NCBI GenBank assembly: GCA_027623195.1
Contig: JAQBUT010000020.1
Location: forward strand, 1-64,000
DNA: 64,000 nt
Reading direction: 5' to 3'
Source of the DNA: Chloroflexota bacterium
GTDB lineage: Bacteria > Chloroflexota > Dehalococcoidia > Lucifugimonadales > JADFKI01
Each line of letters starts with the position of its first letter. Positions within the stretch are counted from its first letter, which is position 1. Positions 28,989-40,199 of this stretch are shown one piece after another. Both the position numbers and the translations under genes were made by a program. The notes under the pieces are model-generated. The model saw only the letters and a list, made by a program, of their open reading frames with translations. It was not told the DNA's origin and ran no database searches.

Positions 28989-29282
28989 CTAACGACTCCA
29001 CGTGTCCTGGGAAGCAGCCCTCAGTTCTTCCTGGATAGATGCGATAAACTGATCCGTGGCTCCCAAGGGGCCTGGCAGTAGCCGAATCGCCGGGTCGGCC
29101 TGGAGTAGAATAGGCGCGGAATTGTAAACGATAGGCGTCCTGTGTCGGACTGAAGCGTCCACGTCGCTCTCCAGCACCAGGAGGAACGGGGACAGCATTA
29201 CCACCAGGGAACCGACGAGCGTCCGTCGGACAACGGATGGCCTTACTCGGTGTGACCTGGCTGCTCTATTCATTCCTATCAT
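28989..29282 (-). CDS. Hypothetical protein with one hydrophobic segment
   Basis: 97 aa, AGGTGAG RBS upstream; no recognised motif. Confidence 0.45.
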   Translation of the reverse strand: MIGMNRAARSHRVRPSVVRRTLVGSLVVMLSPFLLVLESDVDASVRHRTPIVYNSAPILLQADPAIRLLPGPLGATDQFIASIQEELRAASQDTWSR

Positions 29283-29435
29283 AACTCACCTTTGTGGGAA
29301 GTAATGTCTAATTTCATTGTGACTTGCCAAAGGGAATAGAACGGTGGAACGTTAGTGAATATTAAGTGAAAATTCGCCCGGTATCGTATATTTAACGGAA
29401 ACGGGGAGAATGTGGTGGCGGTGTGACAATAAATG

Positions 29436-29464
29436 TTGACTTTGCTTGGCGCAATTTGTAAAAT
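29436..29464 (+). promoter_or_regulatory. sigma70 promoter of the ribosomal superoperon
   Basis: TTGACT-N17-TAAAAT upstream of rpsL. Confidence 0.75.
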
Positions 29465-29535
29465 TTCTGTTTGTCGCCACCACGTTGTGGAGCGCTGATT
29501 TAATTCCGTAAATTAATGAGTATTGAGGTAGATGT

Positions 29536-29946
29536 ATGCCTACCGTTAACCAGTTGGTAAGGAAGGGTCGACAGCCCAAGCGAAAGAAGGACAAGGGGCC
29601 CGCGCTGAGGTACTCCTTCAACTCGCTGAAGAATCGTGGAAAGCGCGATTCCGGCTCGCCCCACAAACGCGGCGTGTGTGTTCAGGTTAGGACGCAGACG
29701 CCTAAGAAGCCGAACTCCGCCTTGAGAAAGGTTGCCAGAGTGCGCCTTACTAACGGTATGGAAGTAACGGCATACATTCCAGGCGAAGGCCACAACCTGC
29801 AGGAGCACTCGGTTGTGCTCATTAGGGGTGGTCGCGTCAAGGACCTGCCAGGAGTGCGTTACCACATAGTTCGTGGGGCGCTGGACACCTCTGGCGTGGA
29901 CGCCCGTAAGCGCGGACGTAGCAAGTACGGATCCAAAAAAGACTAG
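29536..29946 (+). CDS. rpsL: 30S ribosomal protein S12
   Basis: [27 protein letters not shown]. Confidence 0.99.
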   Translation: MPTVNQLVRKGRQPKRKKDKGPALRYSFNSLKNRGKRDSGSPHKRGVCVQVRTQTPKKPNSALRKVARVRLTNGMEVTAYIPGEGHNLQEHSVVLIRGGRVKDLPGVRYHIVRGALDTSGVDARKRGRSKYGSKKD

Positions 29947-29969
29947 TTCTTTAAAAAAGGTAGAAAAAT

Positions 29970-30440
29970 ATGGCCCGCAGAAGAAGAGCTGAAAAAAGAA
30001 TTCCGCCGTCTGATATCAAGTACGGTAGCGTTGATCTGAGTCAATTCATCAATCGGTTAATGATGCACGGAAAAAAGACGGTGGCGCAGAAGATCGTCTA
30101 CGGGGCGCTGGCAAGGGTTGAAAAAGAGGCTAACCGGCCAGGTCTAGAGGTCTTCGAGCAGGCCATTCGAAACACCACGCCAATGCTGGAAGTAAAGTCC
30201 AGGCGTGTCGGCGGTGCGACGTACCAGGTTCCGACCGAGGTTCGTCCCGAGCGCAGGCTGGCACTGGCCATGCGATGGATCATAGCTTCCGCAAGAAATC
30301 GCGGTAACAGGCCGACGCATATCAGCCTGGCTAACGAGCTATTGGAAGCGGCAAGAAATCAAGGGGCGGCGGTAAGGCGCAGGGAAGAACTGCACCGTAT
30401 GGCCGACGCCAACCGGGCTTTCGCCCACTACCGTTGGTAA
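29970..30440 (+). CDS. rpsG: 30S ribosomal protein S7
   Basis: SRRVGGATYQVP, ANRAFAHYRW. Confidence 0.99.
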   Translation: MARRRRAEKRIPPSDIKYGSVDLSQFINRLMMHGKKTVAQKIVYGALARVEKEANRPGLEVFEQAIRNTTPMLEVKSRRVGGATYQVPTEVRPERRLALAMRWIIASARNRGNRPTHISLANELLEAARNQGAAVRRREELHRMADANRAFAHYRW

Positions 30441-30519
30441 CAGGAATAGAAGTGTTGATACAAGACGCGTACACATTTGAGGATGACGCCCCATCTCTCA
30501 AGAAAAGAGATGGTAAATA

Positions 30520-32577
30520 ATGGCACCGATCATTGACGCAACTCGAATACGAAACATCGGGTTCATTGCTCACATCGACGCTGGCAAGACGACGGTGACG
30601 GAGCGTGTTCTGTACTTTACCGGCCGCATTCATAAAATTGGCGGGGTAGATGAGGGCACGACGGCGATGGACTGGATGGCGCAGGAGAAGGAGCGGGGTA
30701 TCACCATTACCTCCGCTGCGACCACTGCGGAGTGGAAAGACTACAACATAAACATCATCGACACCCCAGGCCACGTGGACTTTACGGCTGAGGTAGAGCG
30801 GAGTCTCCGCGTGTTGGATGGCGGTGTGGTTGTGTTTGACGCCGTTGCCGGGGTGCAGCCACAGTCAGAGACGGTCTGGCGGCAGGCGGACAAGTACAAT
30901 GTTCCGCGAATTTGCTTTATCAACAAGATGGACCGCGTAGGAGCAGACTTCCACCGGGCCATCGGCACTATCGTTCATAGGCTGGGCGCAAACCCTGTAG
31001 CAATCCAGATTCCCATGGGGGCAGAGGATGGCTATAGGGGCGCAATCGACCTCGTTGATGAAAAGTCTTGGGTTTGGACGGAAGAGGGTGGAGAGACCCC
31101 TACCGAAGGCCCTGTTCCTGAAGAGTTCATGGAAGAGTTCCGAAATTACCGAGCAGTCATGATTGAAAAGGTTTCAGAAACCGACGACGATCTGATGCTC
31201 AAGTTCTTGGAAGAGGAAGAGATCAGCAACGCCGAGATCAAGGCAGCCCTGCGAAGAGCCACCATCGCCAACAAGCTCGTGCCTGTTGTTTGTGGCACGG
31301 CCCTTAAGACCAAGGGCGTGCAGCCCCTCATCGACGCTGTATGCGATTACCTTCCCTCCCCATTAGAAGTGGCCCCTTTGATTGGCAAAGAACCCAAGAC
31401 AGGGGCAGAGATTGTCCGCCCCCCTGGAATTAATGAGCCGTTCTCCGCTCTGGCGTTCAAGACGGTTTCAGACCCCTATATAGGTAGGTTGGTGTATTTC
31501 AGGGTGTATTCCGGTCAAGCGGAAACAGGCGCTACGTTGTTCAACTCTACGAACGGTCGTCGTGAACGGTTGGGTCGTATTGTGAAGATGCACGCGCAGC
31601 GTAGGGAAGATGTTGAGGTTGTATATTCCGGGGAGATTGCCGCGGCCGTGGGCCTGAAGGACACGTCCACCGGTGACACGGTATGCAGTCAAGACTCTCC
31701 AATAATTCTTGAGACTATTACATTCCCTGAACCCGTGGTTTCTGTGGCCATTGAGCCGAAATCCAGGGCCGACCAGGACAAGCTGACGGAGGCTCTTATA
31801 AAGCTCTCCGATGAGGACCCTACGTTTAAGGTCAAATACGACGACGAGACTGGGCAGACGGTCATGTCCGGCATGGGCGAGCTCCACCTCGAGATTCTCG
31901 TGGATAGAATGAAGCGGGAGTTCAATGTCGAGGGCAGCGTTGGCATGCCTCGAGTGGCATACCGAGAGGCCATTTCGATTCCTGCCAGGGGCGAAGGTCG
32001 TTTCGTTAGGCAGACCGGCGGTCACGGTCAATATGGCCATGTGGTCGTTCAGATCGAGCCTGGAGAAACAGGTTCAGGCGTAAAGATCGAGGACAAGATC
32101 AGCGGTGGCGCGATACCAAGGGAGTTCATCCCGTCGGCTCAAAAAGGTGTCAGCGAGGCGTTGAGCACAGGGCCGCTATCCGGATTCCCTGTGATTGACG
32201 TGAAGGTAACCCTGGTTGATGGGAGCTTCCATGATGTGGACTCCTCACAGGTAGCCTTCCAAATAGCGGGATCAATGGCCTGCAAGGATGCGATCAACAG
32301 GGCCCAACCCAAGTTGTTGGAGCCTGTGATGAGTCTTGAGGTCGTTACGCCGGGAGAATTCTTAGGGGAAGTTCTTGGCGATTTGGGTCGCCGCCGTGCT
32401 AACATTAGGAACATCGAAGGCGAGAGCGACATACAGGTAGTCCGGGCTTCTCTACCACTGGGCGAGAGCTTCGGATACGCCAACTCGTTGAGGTCGCTTA
32501 CCCAGGGGAGAGCTAGCTACTCCATGGAGTTCGATAGCTACCAGGAAGCCCCCAAGTCTTTGGTGGCCATCACATAA
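30520..32577 (+). CDS. fusA: Elongation factor G
   Basis: [35 protein letters not shown]. Confidence 0.99.
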   Translation: MAPIIDATRIRNIGFIAHIDAGKTTVTERVLYFTGRIHKIGGVDEGTTAMDWMAQEKERGITITSAATTAEWKDYNINIIDTPGHVDFTAEVERSLRVLDGGVVVFDAVAGVQPQSETVWRQADKYNVPRICFINKMDRVGADFHRAIGTIVHRLGANPVAIQIPMGAEDGYRGAIDLVDEKSWVWTEEGGETPTEGPVPEEFMEEFRNYRAVMIEKVSETDDDLMLKFLEEEEISNAEIKAALRRATIANKLVPVVCGTALKTKGVQPLIDAVCDYLPSPLEVAPLIGKEPKTGAEIVRPPGINEPFSALAFKTVSDPYIGRLVYFRVYSGQAETGATLFNSTNGRRERLGRIVKMHAQRREDVEVVYSGEIAAAVGLKDTSTGDTVCSQDSPIILETITFPEPVVSVAIEPKSRADQDKLTEALIKLSDEDPTFKVKYDDETGQTVMSGMGELHLEILVDRMKREFNVEGSVGMPRVAYREAISIPARGEGRFVRQTGGHGQYGHVVVQIEPGETGSGVKIEDKISGGAIPREFIPSAQKGVSEALSTGPLSGFPVIDVKVTLVDGSFHDVDSSQVAFQIAGSMACKDAINRAQPKLLEPVMSLEVVTPGEFLGEVLGDLGRRRANIRNIEGESDIQVVRASLPLGESFGYANSLRSLTQGRASYSMEFDSYQEAPKSLVAIT

Positions 32578-32640
32578 GCGGTATAAACTAGGTCGGCCTC
32601 CTGGTCCCATTAGTTGGGTCGGAGCCGTTAGAGAGAATAA

Positions 32641-32958
32641 ATGGTCACAGTTAACAATCAGAAAATTCGAATAATCCTGAAGGCATTCGACCACAGGATC
32701 CTGGATCTTTCCGCCACTCAAATTGTGGAGGCTGCGGAACGTACTGGAGCGCGAGTATCGGGTCCGGTGCCGCTCCCTACGTCGATCAAGCGCTTCTGCG
32801 TTATTCGTGGACCGCACATCGACAAGGACTCCCGCGAGCACTTCGAGCTTCGCACTCACAATCGACTAATCGACATACTGGAGCCGACGTCCAAGACCAT
32901 CGATACGCTGACGCGTCTTAACGTGCCGGCCGGTGTGGACATCTCCATAAAGCTGTAG
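32641..32958 (+). CDS. rpsJ: 30S ribosomal protein S10
   Basis: [16 protein letters not shown]. Confidence 0.99.
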   Translation: MVTVNNQKIRIILKAFDHRILDLSATQIVEAAERTGARVSGPVPLPTSIKRFCVIRGPHIDKDSREHFELRTHNRLIDILEPTSKTIDTLTRLNVPAGVDISIKL

Positions 32959-32970
32959 TAGAGAAACTAA

Positions 32971-33603
32971 ATGACAATTCACGGACTAATAGGCAAAAAA
33001 ATAGGCACCACCCAGTTCTTCCGCGAAGACGGAAGGTCGGACTGTGTGACCGCTATTCAGGTAGGTCCCTGCACTGTTACGCAGATTAAGAGGCAGGACA
33101 CTGACGGCTATGAGAGTGTGCAACTGGGGTACGAGCCTGTTGGCAGTCTCACTAAGCCGGAGGCAGGACACCTTAAGGCGGCCGGTCAGCTTTTCCGACA
33201 TTTGCGAGAGTTGAGTGTCGATGATATCTCTGATGTGGAGATAGGCCAATCTGTGGACGTCAGCCTTTTCGAGGCGGGCGACCGAGTGCAGGTTACCGGT
33301 AATATCAAGGGTAGAGGTTTCGCTGGTGGTGTTAAGCGACACAACTTCAAAGGCGGGCCTAAGACTCACGGTCAGTCGGATAGGCATCGCGCTCCGGGTT
33401 CCATTGGTGCGGGCACCACGCCTGGTCGCGTACTAAAGGGATTGCGCATGGCGGGTCACATGGGAAACGCCCAGGTGACACAGCGCGGCCTTGAGGTGAT
33501 CCAGTCCGACACAGATAGGAACCTTCTGTTCATAAAAGGTTCCATCCCGGGGGCTCGCAACACCCTGGTCATCATTCGCAAGATGGGTTACGGGAGAAGT
33601 TAA
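32971..33603 (+). CDS. rplC: 50S ribosomal protein L3
   Basis: GKKIG, KGRGFAG, HRAPGSIG. Confidence 0.99.
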   Translation: MTIHGLIGKKIGTTQFFREDGRSDCVTAIQVGPCTVTQIKRQDTDGYESVQLGYEPVGSLTKPEAGHLKAAGQLFRHLRELSVDDISDVEIGQSVDVSLFEAGDRVQVTGNIKGRGFAGGVKRHNFKGGPKTHGQSDRHRAPGSIGAGTTPGRVLKGLRMAGHMGNAQVTQRGLEVIQSDTDRNLLFIKGSIPGARNTLVIIRKMGYGRS

Positions 33604-33608
33604 GAATC

Positions 33609-34310
33609 GTGAAATTGGAACTTAGAAATATCACTGGTGCTGTTGTAGGCAGCGTGGAGGTGCGGGACGACGTGTTCGGCGCGCCTATGAATGCTGCCCT
33701 TGTGCACCAGGTAATAGTTGGTCAATTGGCCAACCGCCGTCAGGGCACTGCCAAGGTTAAGACCCGGGCGGAGGTTTCCGGAGGCGGAGCCAAGCCAAGG
33801 CCACAGAAGGGTTCAGGACGGTCCCGCCAGGGCTCCATACGCTCTCCTCAGTGGAAGGGTGGCGGAGTCGCATTCGGCCCTTCTCCTCGCAGCTACAGGC
33901 AGCGCACCCCTAAGCGCATGAAGCGCGAATCCTTGAGGATTGCCCTCTCGGATAAGGTGAGGGGCAGGCAGCTAGTCGTGGTGGAGAAGCTTGAACTTGA
34001 AGAGATGAAGACCAGGGAGATGGCGAAGGTGCTCATTGGGCTAAATGCCACCTCTTCTGTTTTGTTGGTTGGGGACGGAGCCGATCCGGAGATAATACGG
34101 ACGGCCCGCAATATTCCTAGGGTAAAGACGTTGCCAGTGGATCTGCTTAACACGGTGGATCTGATAAATGCCCGCAGGGTTGTTATGACCTTGGAAGCCG
34201 TGTACAAGGCTGAGCAGCTTTGGGGTGGGGACTTCGTTCGTAAGAGGGTCGCCGCCGTAGAAGTGGGTTTGGACGCTGAGCCCGGTGAAGATGAGTCTGG
34301 GGACAACTAA
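33609..34310 (+). CDS. rplD: 50S ribosomal protein L4
   Basis: RQGT, EVSGGGAKP, QKGSGR; acidic C-tail. Confidence 0.99.
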   Translation: MKLELRNITGAVVGSVEVRDDVFGAPMNAALVHQVIVGQLANRRQGTAKVKTRAEVSGGGAKPRPQKGSGRSRQGSIRSPQWKGGGVAFGPSPRSYRQRTPKRMKRESLRIALSDKVRGRQLVVVEKLELEEMKTREMAKVLIGLNATSSVLLVGDGADPEIIRTARNIPRVKTLPVDLLNTVDLINARRVVMTLEAVYKAEQLWGGDFVRKRVAAVEVGLDAEPGEDESGDN

Positions 34311-34600
34311 TGGATATACAAACTTTTGATTTGTTAAGAAAGCCGATAGTTACCGAGAAGAGCACACTGATGCAGGAGCAGGGGCGTTATGCCTTTGAGG
34401 TCTCCACTGAAGCGACCAAGCATCAGGTCAAGTGGGCCGTTGAAGAGGCCTTCGGTGTCCGGGTGATTAAGGTGAACACGATGAACATGCGTGGCAAGCG
34501 TAAACGTTACGGGCCTCGCTACACAGGCATGAAGTCCTGGAAGAAGGCTATCGTGACCCTTGCCCCCGGTGATTCAATAACTATTTTCGAGGGCGTCTAA
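34310..34600 (+). CDS. rplW: 50S ribosomal protein L23
   Basis: [15 protein letters not shown]. Confidence 0.99.
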   Translation: MDIQTFDLLRKPIVTEKSTLMQEQGRYAFEVSTEATKHQVKWAVEEAFGVRVIKVNTMNMRGKRKRYGPRYTGMKSWKKAIVTLAPGDSITIFEGV

Positions 34601-34601
34601 G

Positions 34602-35435
34602 ATGCCGTTAAAAGCACGTAAGCCTATAACTCCTGGGCAACGGGGAGCTGTACTCCCTACCTCCGAGGAGATAACTACCAGGATACCTAAGAAGTCCCTG
34701 CTTATGCCCATGCGGAAGAGGGCTGGCCGCAACTCCAGAGGTAAGATTACCGTTCGCCATCGCGGTGGTGGACACAAGCGACGTTATCGAGTTATAGATT
34801 TCAAGCGCGACAAAATCGGCATACCGGGTGAGATTACTACCATAGAGTATGATCCTAATCGGTCGGCGCGCATAGCTCTGGTAAAGTACCCAGATGGCGA
34901 TTGGCGTTACATCCTCGCTCCTGATGGGGTTGAGGTTGGCCACAAGATTGAGTCCGGCGACCAGGTAGATCTTCGGCCGGGCAACACTATGCCTTTGCGG
35001 GGCATTCGCGATGGTACACAGGTACATAATATTGAAATGCAGGTCGGCAGAGGTGGACAGCTAGTCCGCAGCGCCGGCGGGTCCGCGCAGCTTCTGGCCA
35101 AGGATGGCAAGTACGCCCTACTTAGATTGCCCTCGGGGGAAATGCGCAATATACTTTCTGAGTGTTCGGCGACGATAGGCCAGGTTAGCAATCTTGAGCA
35201 CAAGAATATCAAGCTTGGTAAGGCTGGTAGAAAGCGGAACATGGGTTGGCGTCCTCAGGTCAGAGGGTCTGTCATGTCGCCAAGGGACCATCCGCACGGC
35301 GGTGGTGAGGGCAAGTCTCCTATTGGAATGCCTGGTCCTAAGACGCCTTGGGGTAAGCCCGCATTGGGTTACAGGACCCGCAAGAAGAAGAAGCCTTCGA
35401 GCAAGTTCATAGTGCGACGCCGAGGGCGACGCTAG
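34602..35435 (+). CDS. rplB: 50S ribosomal protein L2
   Basis: [25 protein letters not shown]. Confidence 0.99.
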   Translation: MPLKARKPITPGQRGAVLPTSEEITTRIPKKSLLMPMRKRAGRNSRGKITVRHRGGGHKRRYRVIDFKRDKIGIPGEITTIEYDPNRSARIALVKYPDGDWRYILAPDGVEVGHKIESGDQVDLRPGNTMPLRGIRDGTQVHNIEMQVGRGGQLVRSAGGSAQLLAKDGKYALLRLPSGEMRNILSECSATIGQVSNLEHKNIKLGKAGRKRNMGWRPQVRGSVMSPRDHPHGGGEGKSPIGMPGPKTPWGKPALGYRTRKKKKPSSKFIVRRRGRR

Positions 35436-35501
35436 GATTTTATCCGATATATTTAAGGCTGGCATCGGTTCTTCATTGGGCCGATGCAGTAAAGGAAGTT
35501 T

Positions 35502-35786
35502 ATGTCCAGGTCGATCAAAAAGGGACCATACGTCCATCACAAGTTGGCCAAGAAGGTAGAAGCCGGCCAGCGCAGTGCTACCAAGACGGTAATCAGGACA
35601 TGGTCTAGGGCGTCAACCATAATGCCGGAAATGCTGGGTCTGACCATTGCGATCCACGATGGCAGGCGGCACGTGCCACTGTTTATCACGGAGAACATGG
35701 TTGGCCATAAACTGGGGGAGTTCGCTCCTACCAGGACGTTCCGGGGTCACATATCCCGGTCTGAGCGAACGACTCGACCTCGATAG
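35502..35786 (+). CDS. rpsS: 30S ribosomal protein S19
   Basis: [22 protein letters not shown]. Confidence 0.99.
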   Translation: MSRSIKKGPYVHHKLAKKVEAGQRSATKTVIRTWSRASTIMPEMLGLTIAIHDGRRHVPLFITENMVGHKLGEFAPTRTFRGHISRSERTTRPR

Positions 35787-35815
35787 TCTTTTAACTACGA
35801 CGTGGTGAGAATAAA

Positions 35816-36154
35816 ATGTCTGTAAAAGCAGTTAGCACCAACACGGGTCTTTCCGTGAAAAAGGTGAAACCAATAATAGACCTTGTGCGGGGCATGCCTG
35901 TGAACGAGGCGCTTCGGGCGTTGAAGTTCATGACATCGCCTGCCGCCGCTAGGGTTGCTAAGGTTGTTCAGTCTGCCGCAGCTAATGCCGAGAATGAACT
36001 TGTTGGCCGCGGCCCAGATCTACGAATTATAGAGATATTCGCCAATGAGGGCCCTCGGGTGAAACGCTTTCGTGCCAGGGCCAGGGGCCGAGTCGCCCAG
36101 ATCATACGGCGAAGCAGCCACATAACAGTAGTAGTCGATGAGGGGGGCGCCTAG
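35816..36154 (+). CDS. rplV: 50S ribosomal protein L22
   Basis: SAAANAE, RARGR, SHITV. Confidence 0.98.
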   Translation: MSVKAVSTNTGLSVKKVKPIIDLVRGMPVNEALRALKFMTSPAAARVAKVVQSAAANAENELVGRGPDLRIIEIFANEGPRVKRFRARARGRVAQIIRRSSHITVVVDEGGA

Positions 36155-36155
36155 A

Positions 36156-36896
36156 TTGGGTCAGAAAACACATCCCATAGGATTTCGACTGGGAATCGTC
36201 AAGGACTGGGATTCTCGTTGGTTCGCCTCCAAAGGCAAGGACTATCGGAACCTCGTCACAGAGGACATGGGAGTCAGGAAATTGATTCTCACGCGCTATC
36301 CGGAAGCTGGTATCTCCAAGATTGAGATCGAACGTGGTAGCAGCGAAGTTGTTATTAATATCCATACCGCCAGGCCAGGCATCGTCATAGGACGTGGCGG
36401 GCAACGTGTGGAGGAATTGCGCAAAGACCTTGAGGTACTTACTGAGCGGCGTGCTCGGTTGAATGTCCAGGAAATACGTCAGCCGGAATTGGACGCCTTC
36501 CTTGTGGCCCACAGCGTGGCTGAGCAGTTGGAAAGGCGAATCGCTTTCCGAAGGGCCATACGGCAGTCGGTCACCAGGACCATGCAGGCCGGGGCACTCG
36601 GTGTAAAGATTCTCATTAGCGGCAGACTGGGTGGGGCCGACATAGCCCGTCGAGAAAAGGCTATGGAGGGCAGGGTTCCATTGCACACCCTGCGAGCAAA
36701 CATTGATTATTCTCTCGCCGAGGCGGGGACAGAGTTTGGCCGTATCGGCGTTAAGGTTTGGATATACAAGGGTGATATTCTCCCCGTCCGACAGGTTGAG
36801 GAAGACTCACTTGAGGACATGGCACCCATAGAAGTAAGGGTAACAGCAAGCGAAGAGGCGACAGCAAATGCTCCAACCGAAGAGGGTCAAATATAG
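36156..36896 (+). CDS. rpsC: 30S ribosomal protein S3
   Basis: TTG start then [33 protein letters not shown]. Confidence 0.98.
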   Translation: MGQKTHPIGFRLGIVKDWDSRWFASKGKDYRNLVTEDMGVRKLILTRYPEAGISKIEIERGSSEVVINIHTARPGIVIGRGGQRVEELRKDLEVLTERRARLNVQEIRQPELDAFLVAHSVAEQLERRIAFRRAIRQSVTRTMQAGALGVKILISGRLGGADIARREKAMEGRVPLHTLRANIDYSLAEAGTEFGRIGVKVWIYKGDILPVRQVEEDSLEDMAPIEVRVTASEEATANAPTEEGQI

Positions 36897-37275
36897 GAAT
36901 CACCACAGGGGCCGCCGGAAGGGCATGGCAGTCGCCGGCAGCACTATGAATTTTGGTGAGTTTGGTATTAAAGCGACGGAGACGGCTTGGGTAACGTCCC
37001 GACAGATTGAAGCAGCACGTCGTGCTATGACCAGGTATGCCCGTCGTGGCGGGAAGATCTGGATCAGGATATTCCCGGATAAGACGGTTACGTCCCGGGC
37101 TGCTGAAACCCGTATGGGCAGCGGTAAGGGAGCTGTGGACCACTGGGTTGCAGTGGTCAAGCCGGGCAGGGTGATGTTTGAGATTGCCGGTGTTCCACAG
37201 GAGATGGCCATGGAGGCTCTTCGGCTGGCCACGTCAAAACTGCCCATGGGCACCAGGATAGTAACCAGGCACTAA
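36868..37275 (+). CDS. rplP: 50S ribosomal protein L16
   Basis: [17 protein letters not shown]. Confidence 0.99.
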   Translation: MLQPKRVKYRNHHRGRRKGMAVAGSTMNFGEFGIKATETAWVTSRQIEAARRAMTRYARRGGKIWIRIFPDKTVTSRAAETRMGSGKGAVDHWVAVVKPGRVMFEIAGVPQEMAMEALRLATSKLPMGTRIVTRH

Positions 37276-37307
37276 GATTTTAAGAACTTTCATGGGATTC
37301 GATAGAT

Positions 37308-37511
37308 ATGGAAATAGATGACCTTCGCGGTATGACAGACGACGAGCTCCGAACGGAGGTCTATGAGACCCACCGGGAGATGATGAACCTGAGATTCCGT
37401 GCAGCGACGATGCAACTGGCGAATGTGAACGAGATTCCTAAAGCGAAGAAGCGTATCGCCCGGATAAACACCGTGCTGCGAGAAAGAGAACTGGCGAGCG
37501 AATTAGCATGA
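37308..37511 (+). CDS. rpmC: 50S ribosomal protein L29
   Basis: NLRF, IARINT; position. Confidence 0.97.
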   Translation: MEIDDLRGMTDDELRTEVYETHREMMNLRFRAATMQLANVNEIPKAKKRIARINTVLRERELASELA

Positions 37512-37996
37512 GTTTCGAGAGACGGAAAGTTAGAATTGGTCGCGTAGTCAGCGACAAAATGGACGGGACATGCGTAGTCATCGTTGAATGGCGAAAGTCG
37601 CATCGTCTGTACAAAAAATCGGTAAAAATGCGTACTCGTTTCAATGTGCATGATCCGCTTAACGTGTGCAAACTTGGTGACCAGGTCCGTATTATGGAGA
37701 CGCGGCCTATTTCCAAAACCAAGCGTTGGCGTGTTTCGGAGATCCTCCAGAGTGAGGAGATCGCGGAGATTCAACCTGAAGAGATTAGGGTTGAGGACGA
37801 GTCGGTACTGATGTACCAGCCTCAGCACCCTGCCGCTGACGAGATTGCGGCCGTGGTAGAGGCTGATGTTGTGGCAGAGGCAGAGACCGTTGTGGAAGAC
37901 AATGTTGCGGTTGAGGTCCCTGTAGAGGATGCCGTCGAAGAAGAGGCGTCTTCAGAAAATAACGAAGATGGCAGCGACGACGAGGAGAAAGAATAG
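37508..37996 (+). CDS. rpsQ: 30S ribosomal protein S17 with long acidic C-terminal extension
   Basis: [19 protein letters not shown], then ~80 aa E/D/V/A-rich tail. Confidence 0.97.
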   Translation: MSFERRKVRIGRVVSDKMDGTCVVIVEWRKSHRLYKKSVKMRTRFNVHDPLNVCKLGDQVRIMETRPISKTKRWRVSEILQSEEIAEIQPEEIRVEDESVLMYQPQHPAADEIAAVVEADVVAEAETVVEDNVAVEVPVEDAVEEEASSENNEDGSDDEEKE

Positions 37997-38364
37997 TGAT
38001 ACAGAAGTACACACGACTCAAAGTCGCTGACAACTCCGGCGCCAAGACGATTAGTTGTATTGGTATCCCGGGTGGTACCGGCAGGCAATACGCTTGGTTG
38101 GGGGATGTCATTGTAGCCTCGGTTAAGGAGGCTGCCCCGGCCGCCGGTGTCCGGAAGGGCGAGGTGGTCAAGGCTGTGATTGTGCGAACATCTAAGGCCA
38201 CGCGCCGACCCGATGGTTCTCACATCCGTTTTGACGATAACGCTGCAGTGATAATTAATGACGAACAGATGCCTCGAGGCACGCGCATCTTCGGGCCAGT
38301 AGCAAGAGAGCTACGGGACAAGAATTTTATGCGCATTGTCTCGTTGGCCCCAGAGGTGCTGTAG
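37996..38364 (+). CDS. rplN: 50S ribosomal protein L14
   Basis: [22 protein letters not shown]. Confidence 0.99.
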   Translation: MIQKYTRLKVADNSGAKTISCIGIPGGTGRQYAWLGDVIVASVKEAAPAAGVRKGEVVKAVIVRTSKATRRPDGSHIRFDDNAAVIINDEQMPRGTRIFGPVARELRDKNFMRIVSLAPEVL

Positions 38365-38676
38365 GTGAGACTGCACACTGAAGACAATGTGATGGTAATC
38401 AAGGGACGCGACAGAGGCAAACAGGGTCGCGTAACTAAAATTCTCCATAAAGAAGACAAGGTCATGGTGGAAGGTGTGAACATCGTTAAGCGTCACACCA
38501 AGGCCACAGGGGGAGTACGGCAAGGTGGCATCATACAGAAAGAGATGCCTGTTAGGGTCTGCAATGTGGTTCTGGTGTGTCCAGGCTGCACCAAGCCTGC
38601 TCGTATAGGCTATCGGTTCCTGGCGGATGGATCAAAGGCCAGGGTTTGTGGAAAGTGCGAGGAAGTAATCGAGTGA
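38365..38676 (+). CDS. rplX: 50S ribosomal protein L24
   Basis: [13 protein letters not shown]; CxxC...CxxC. Confidence 0.97.
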   Translation: MRLHTEDNVMVIKGRDRGKQGRVTKILHKEDKVMVEGVNIVKRHTKATGGVRQGGIIQKEMPVRVCNVVLVCPGCTKPARIGYRFLADGSKARVCGKCEEVIE

Positions 38677-39497
38677 CTACCGAAGACCAGAATCCGGAAG
38701 AAGTACAACAGCCAGAAAATCCCGAGGTTGGAGAGGCTAAGCCTGCTCCTCGGCGACGTGCCTCCAGCCGCACCAGTGCATCTACGGAAGGCGAGGCTGC
38801 CCCTGAGGCAGATGCTCCGGTATCCGAGACTGGTGCTGAAGAGAAGCCTGCGCCTCGACGACGCACGTCCAGAGCACGAGCTGAAGCATCTTCAGATGAT
38901 GCGCCTTCAGGGGGACCTGTTACGCCCAAGCCTCTACCACGTATGTTAGTGCGGCTTAGAAACGACATTGGCCCTACGATGGTGCAGGAGTTCGGTTACA
39001 CCAGCGTTATGCAGATTCCACGGCTCAGCAAGATCGTGCTTAACATTGGTCTGGGCGAGTCTTTGACCAATGCCAGGGCACTGGAATCCGCCATCCGTGA
39101 CATGACGCTGATTACCGGTCAGCGGCCTCTGACGACAAGGGCGAAAAAGTCCATCGCTGGCTTTAAGATAAGGGAAGGCATGCCCATTGGCGTCAGTGTG
39201 ACGCTGCGGGGTAGGCGCATGTATGAGTTCATTGATCGTCTGATCAGCTCTACGCTTCCTCGTATCAGGGATTTCCAAGGCCTGTCTCGAAAGGCTTTTG
39301 ACGGTCGCGGGAATTTCTCCCTCGGTATTCGGGAGCAGGTCATCTTCCCGGAGATCGACTACAATAATATCGATAGAATAAGAGGGCTGCAGGTCGTTAT
39401 TGGGACCACGGCGCCCAACGATGCAGAGGGGCTCCGACTGCTTGAATTGATGGGGATGCCCTTCACGAGACTACAAGAAGAAGAGCGAGTGGCTTAG
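38673..39497 (+). CDS. rplE: 50S ribosomal protein L5 with ~90-aa N-terminal extension
   Basis: GTGA-coupled start at 38673; core KSIAGFKIREG, PRIRDFQG, FDGRGN. Confidence 0.95.
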   Translation: MTTEDQNPEEVQQPENPEVGEAKPAPRRRASSRTSASTEGEAAPEADAPVSETGAEEKPAPRRRTSRARAEASSDDAPSGGPVTPKPLPRMLVRLRNDIGPTMVQEFGYTSVMQIPRLSKIVLNIGLGESLTNARALESAIRDMTLITGQRPLTTRAKKSIAGFKIREGMPIGVSVTLRGRRMYEFIDRLISSTLPRIRDFQGLSRKAFDGRGNFSLGIREQVIFPEIDYNNIDRIRGLQVVIGTTAPNDAEGLRLLELMGMPFTRLQEEERVA

Positions 39498-39542
39498 GGT
39501 CACCGTCTATCTATAACGGCCGATTTCAGTAGGTGATTTGTT

Positions 39543-39728
39543 TTGGCGAAAGTAGCGAAAATAGCAAGGTGGAAAAGACCTCAGCCTTTCAAGGTGAGGA
39601 ACTACAACCGATGTAATCGGTGCGGACGACCTCGCGCCTATATTAGGCATTTCGGTCTTTGCCGCATCTGCTTCCGAGAGATGGCGCTATTGGGCTTGTT
39701 GCCCGGCGTGCGCAAGGCTAGTTGGTAG
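39543..39728 (+). CDS. rpsN: 30S ribosomal protein S14, zinc-binding type
   Basis: 61 aa, RCNRCGR...LCRIC, KASW. Confidence 0.98.
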   Translation: MAKVAKIARWKRPQPFKVRNYNRCNRCGRPRAYIRHFGLCRICFREMALLGLLPGVRKASW

Positions 39729-39787
39729 ATTCGCCGAGGACAACTTCTAATGCCGCTTGAAAAGGGCGGCGGGTAAAAAGGAAAGGT

Positions 39788-40189
39788 ATGCCAGTAACAG
39801 ATCCTATTTCAGATATGTTGACCAGGATTCGTAACGCCATCATGGTGAATCACGAGTCCGTATCTGTACCTCTGTCCAAGATGAAAGAGTCCATCGCCAA
39901 GATATTCCTTGACGAGGGTTTTATTGAGGGTTTCGAGGTGCATCGGCGAGGCACGCCCCAGGCTAATATCAGGATCTACCTGCATTACAGGGGTAGGGAA
40001 GAGTCTGCGATTGCAGGCCTGCGAAGGGTGAGCAAGCCCGGCTTGCGTGTGTATGTCAAAAAGGGGGAGATCCCCCGACCCTATGGCGGTCTGGGCCTTA
40101 CCGTTCTGTCGACGTCTAAAGGCGTCATGACGGGACGATCGGCTTGGCGCGAGGGAATTGGCGGAGAACTACTCTGCTACGTATGGTGA
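39788..40189 (+). CDS. rpsH: 30S ribosomal protein S8
   Basis: DPISDMLTRIRN, SKPGLRVY. Confidence 0.99.
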   Translation: MPVTDPISDMLTRIRNAIMVNHESVSVPLSKMKESIAKIFLDEGFIEGFEVHRRGTPQANIRIYLHYRGREESAIAGLRRVSKPGLRVYVKKGEIPRPYGGLGLTVLSTSKGVMTGRSAWREGIGGELLCYVW

Positions 40190-40199
40190 GGAGCCGCAA

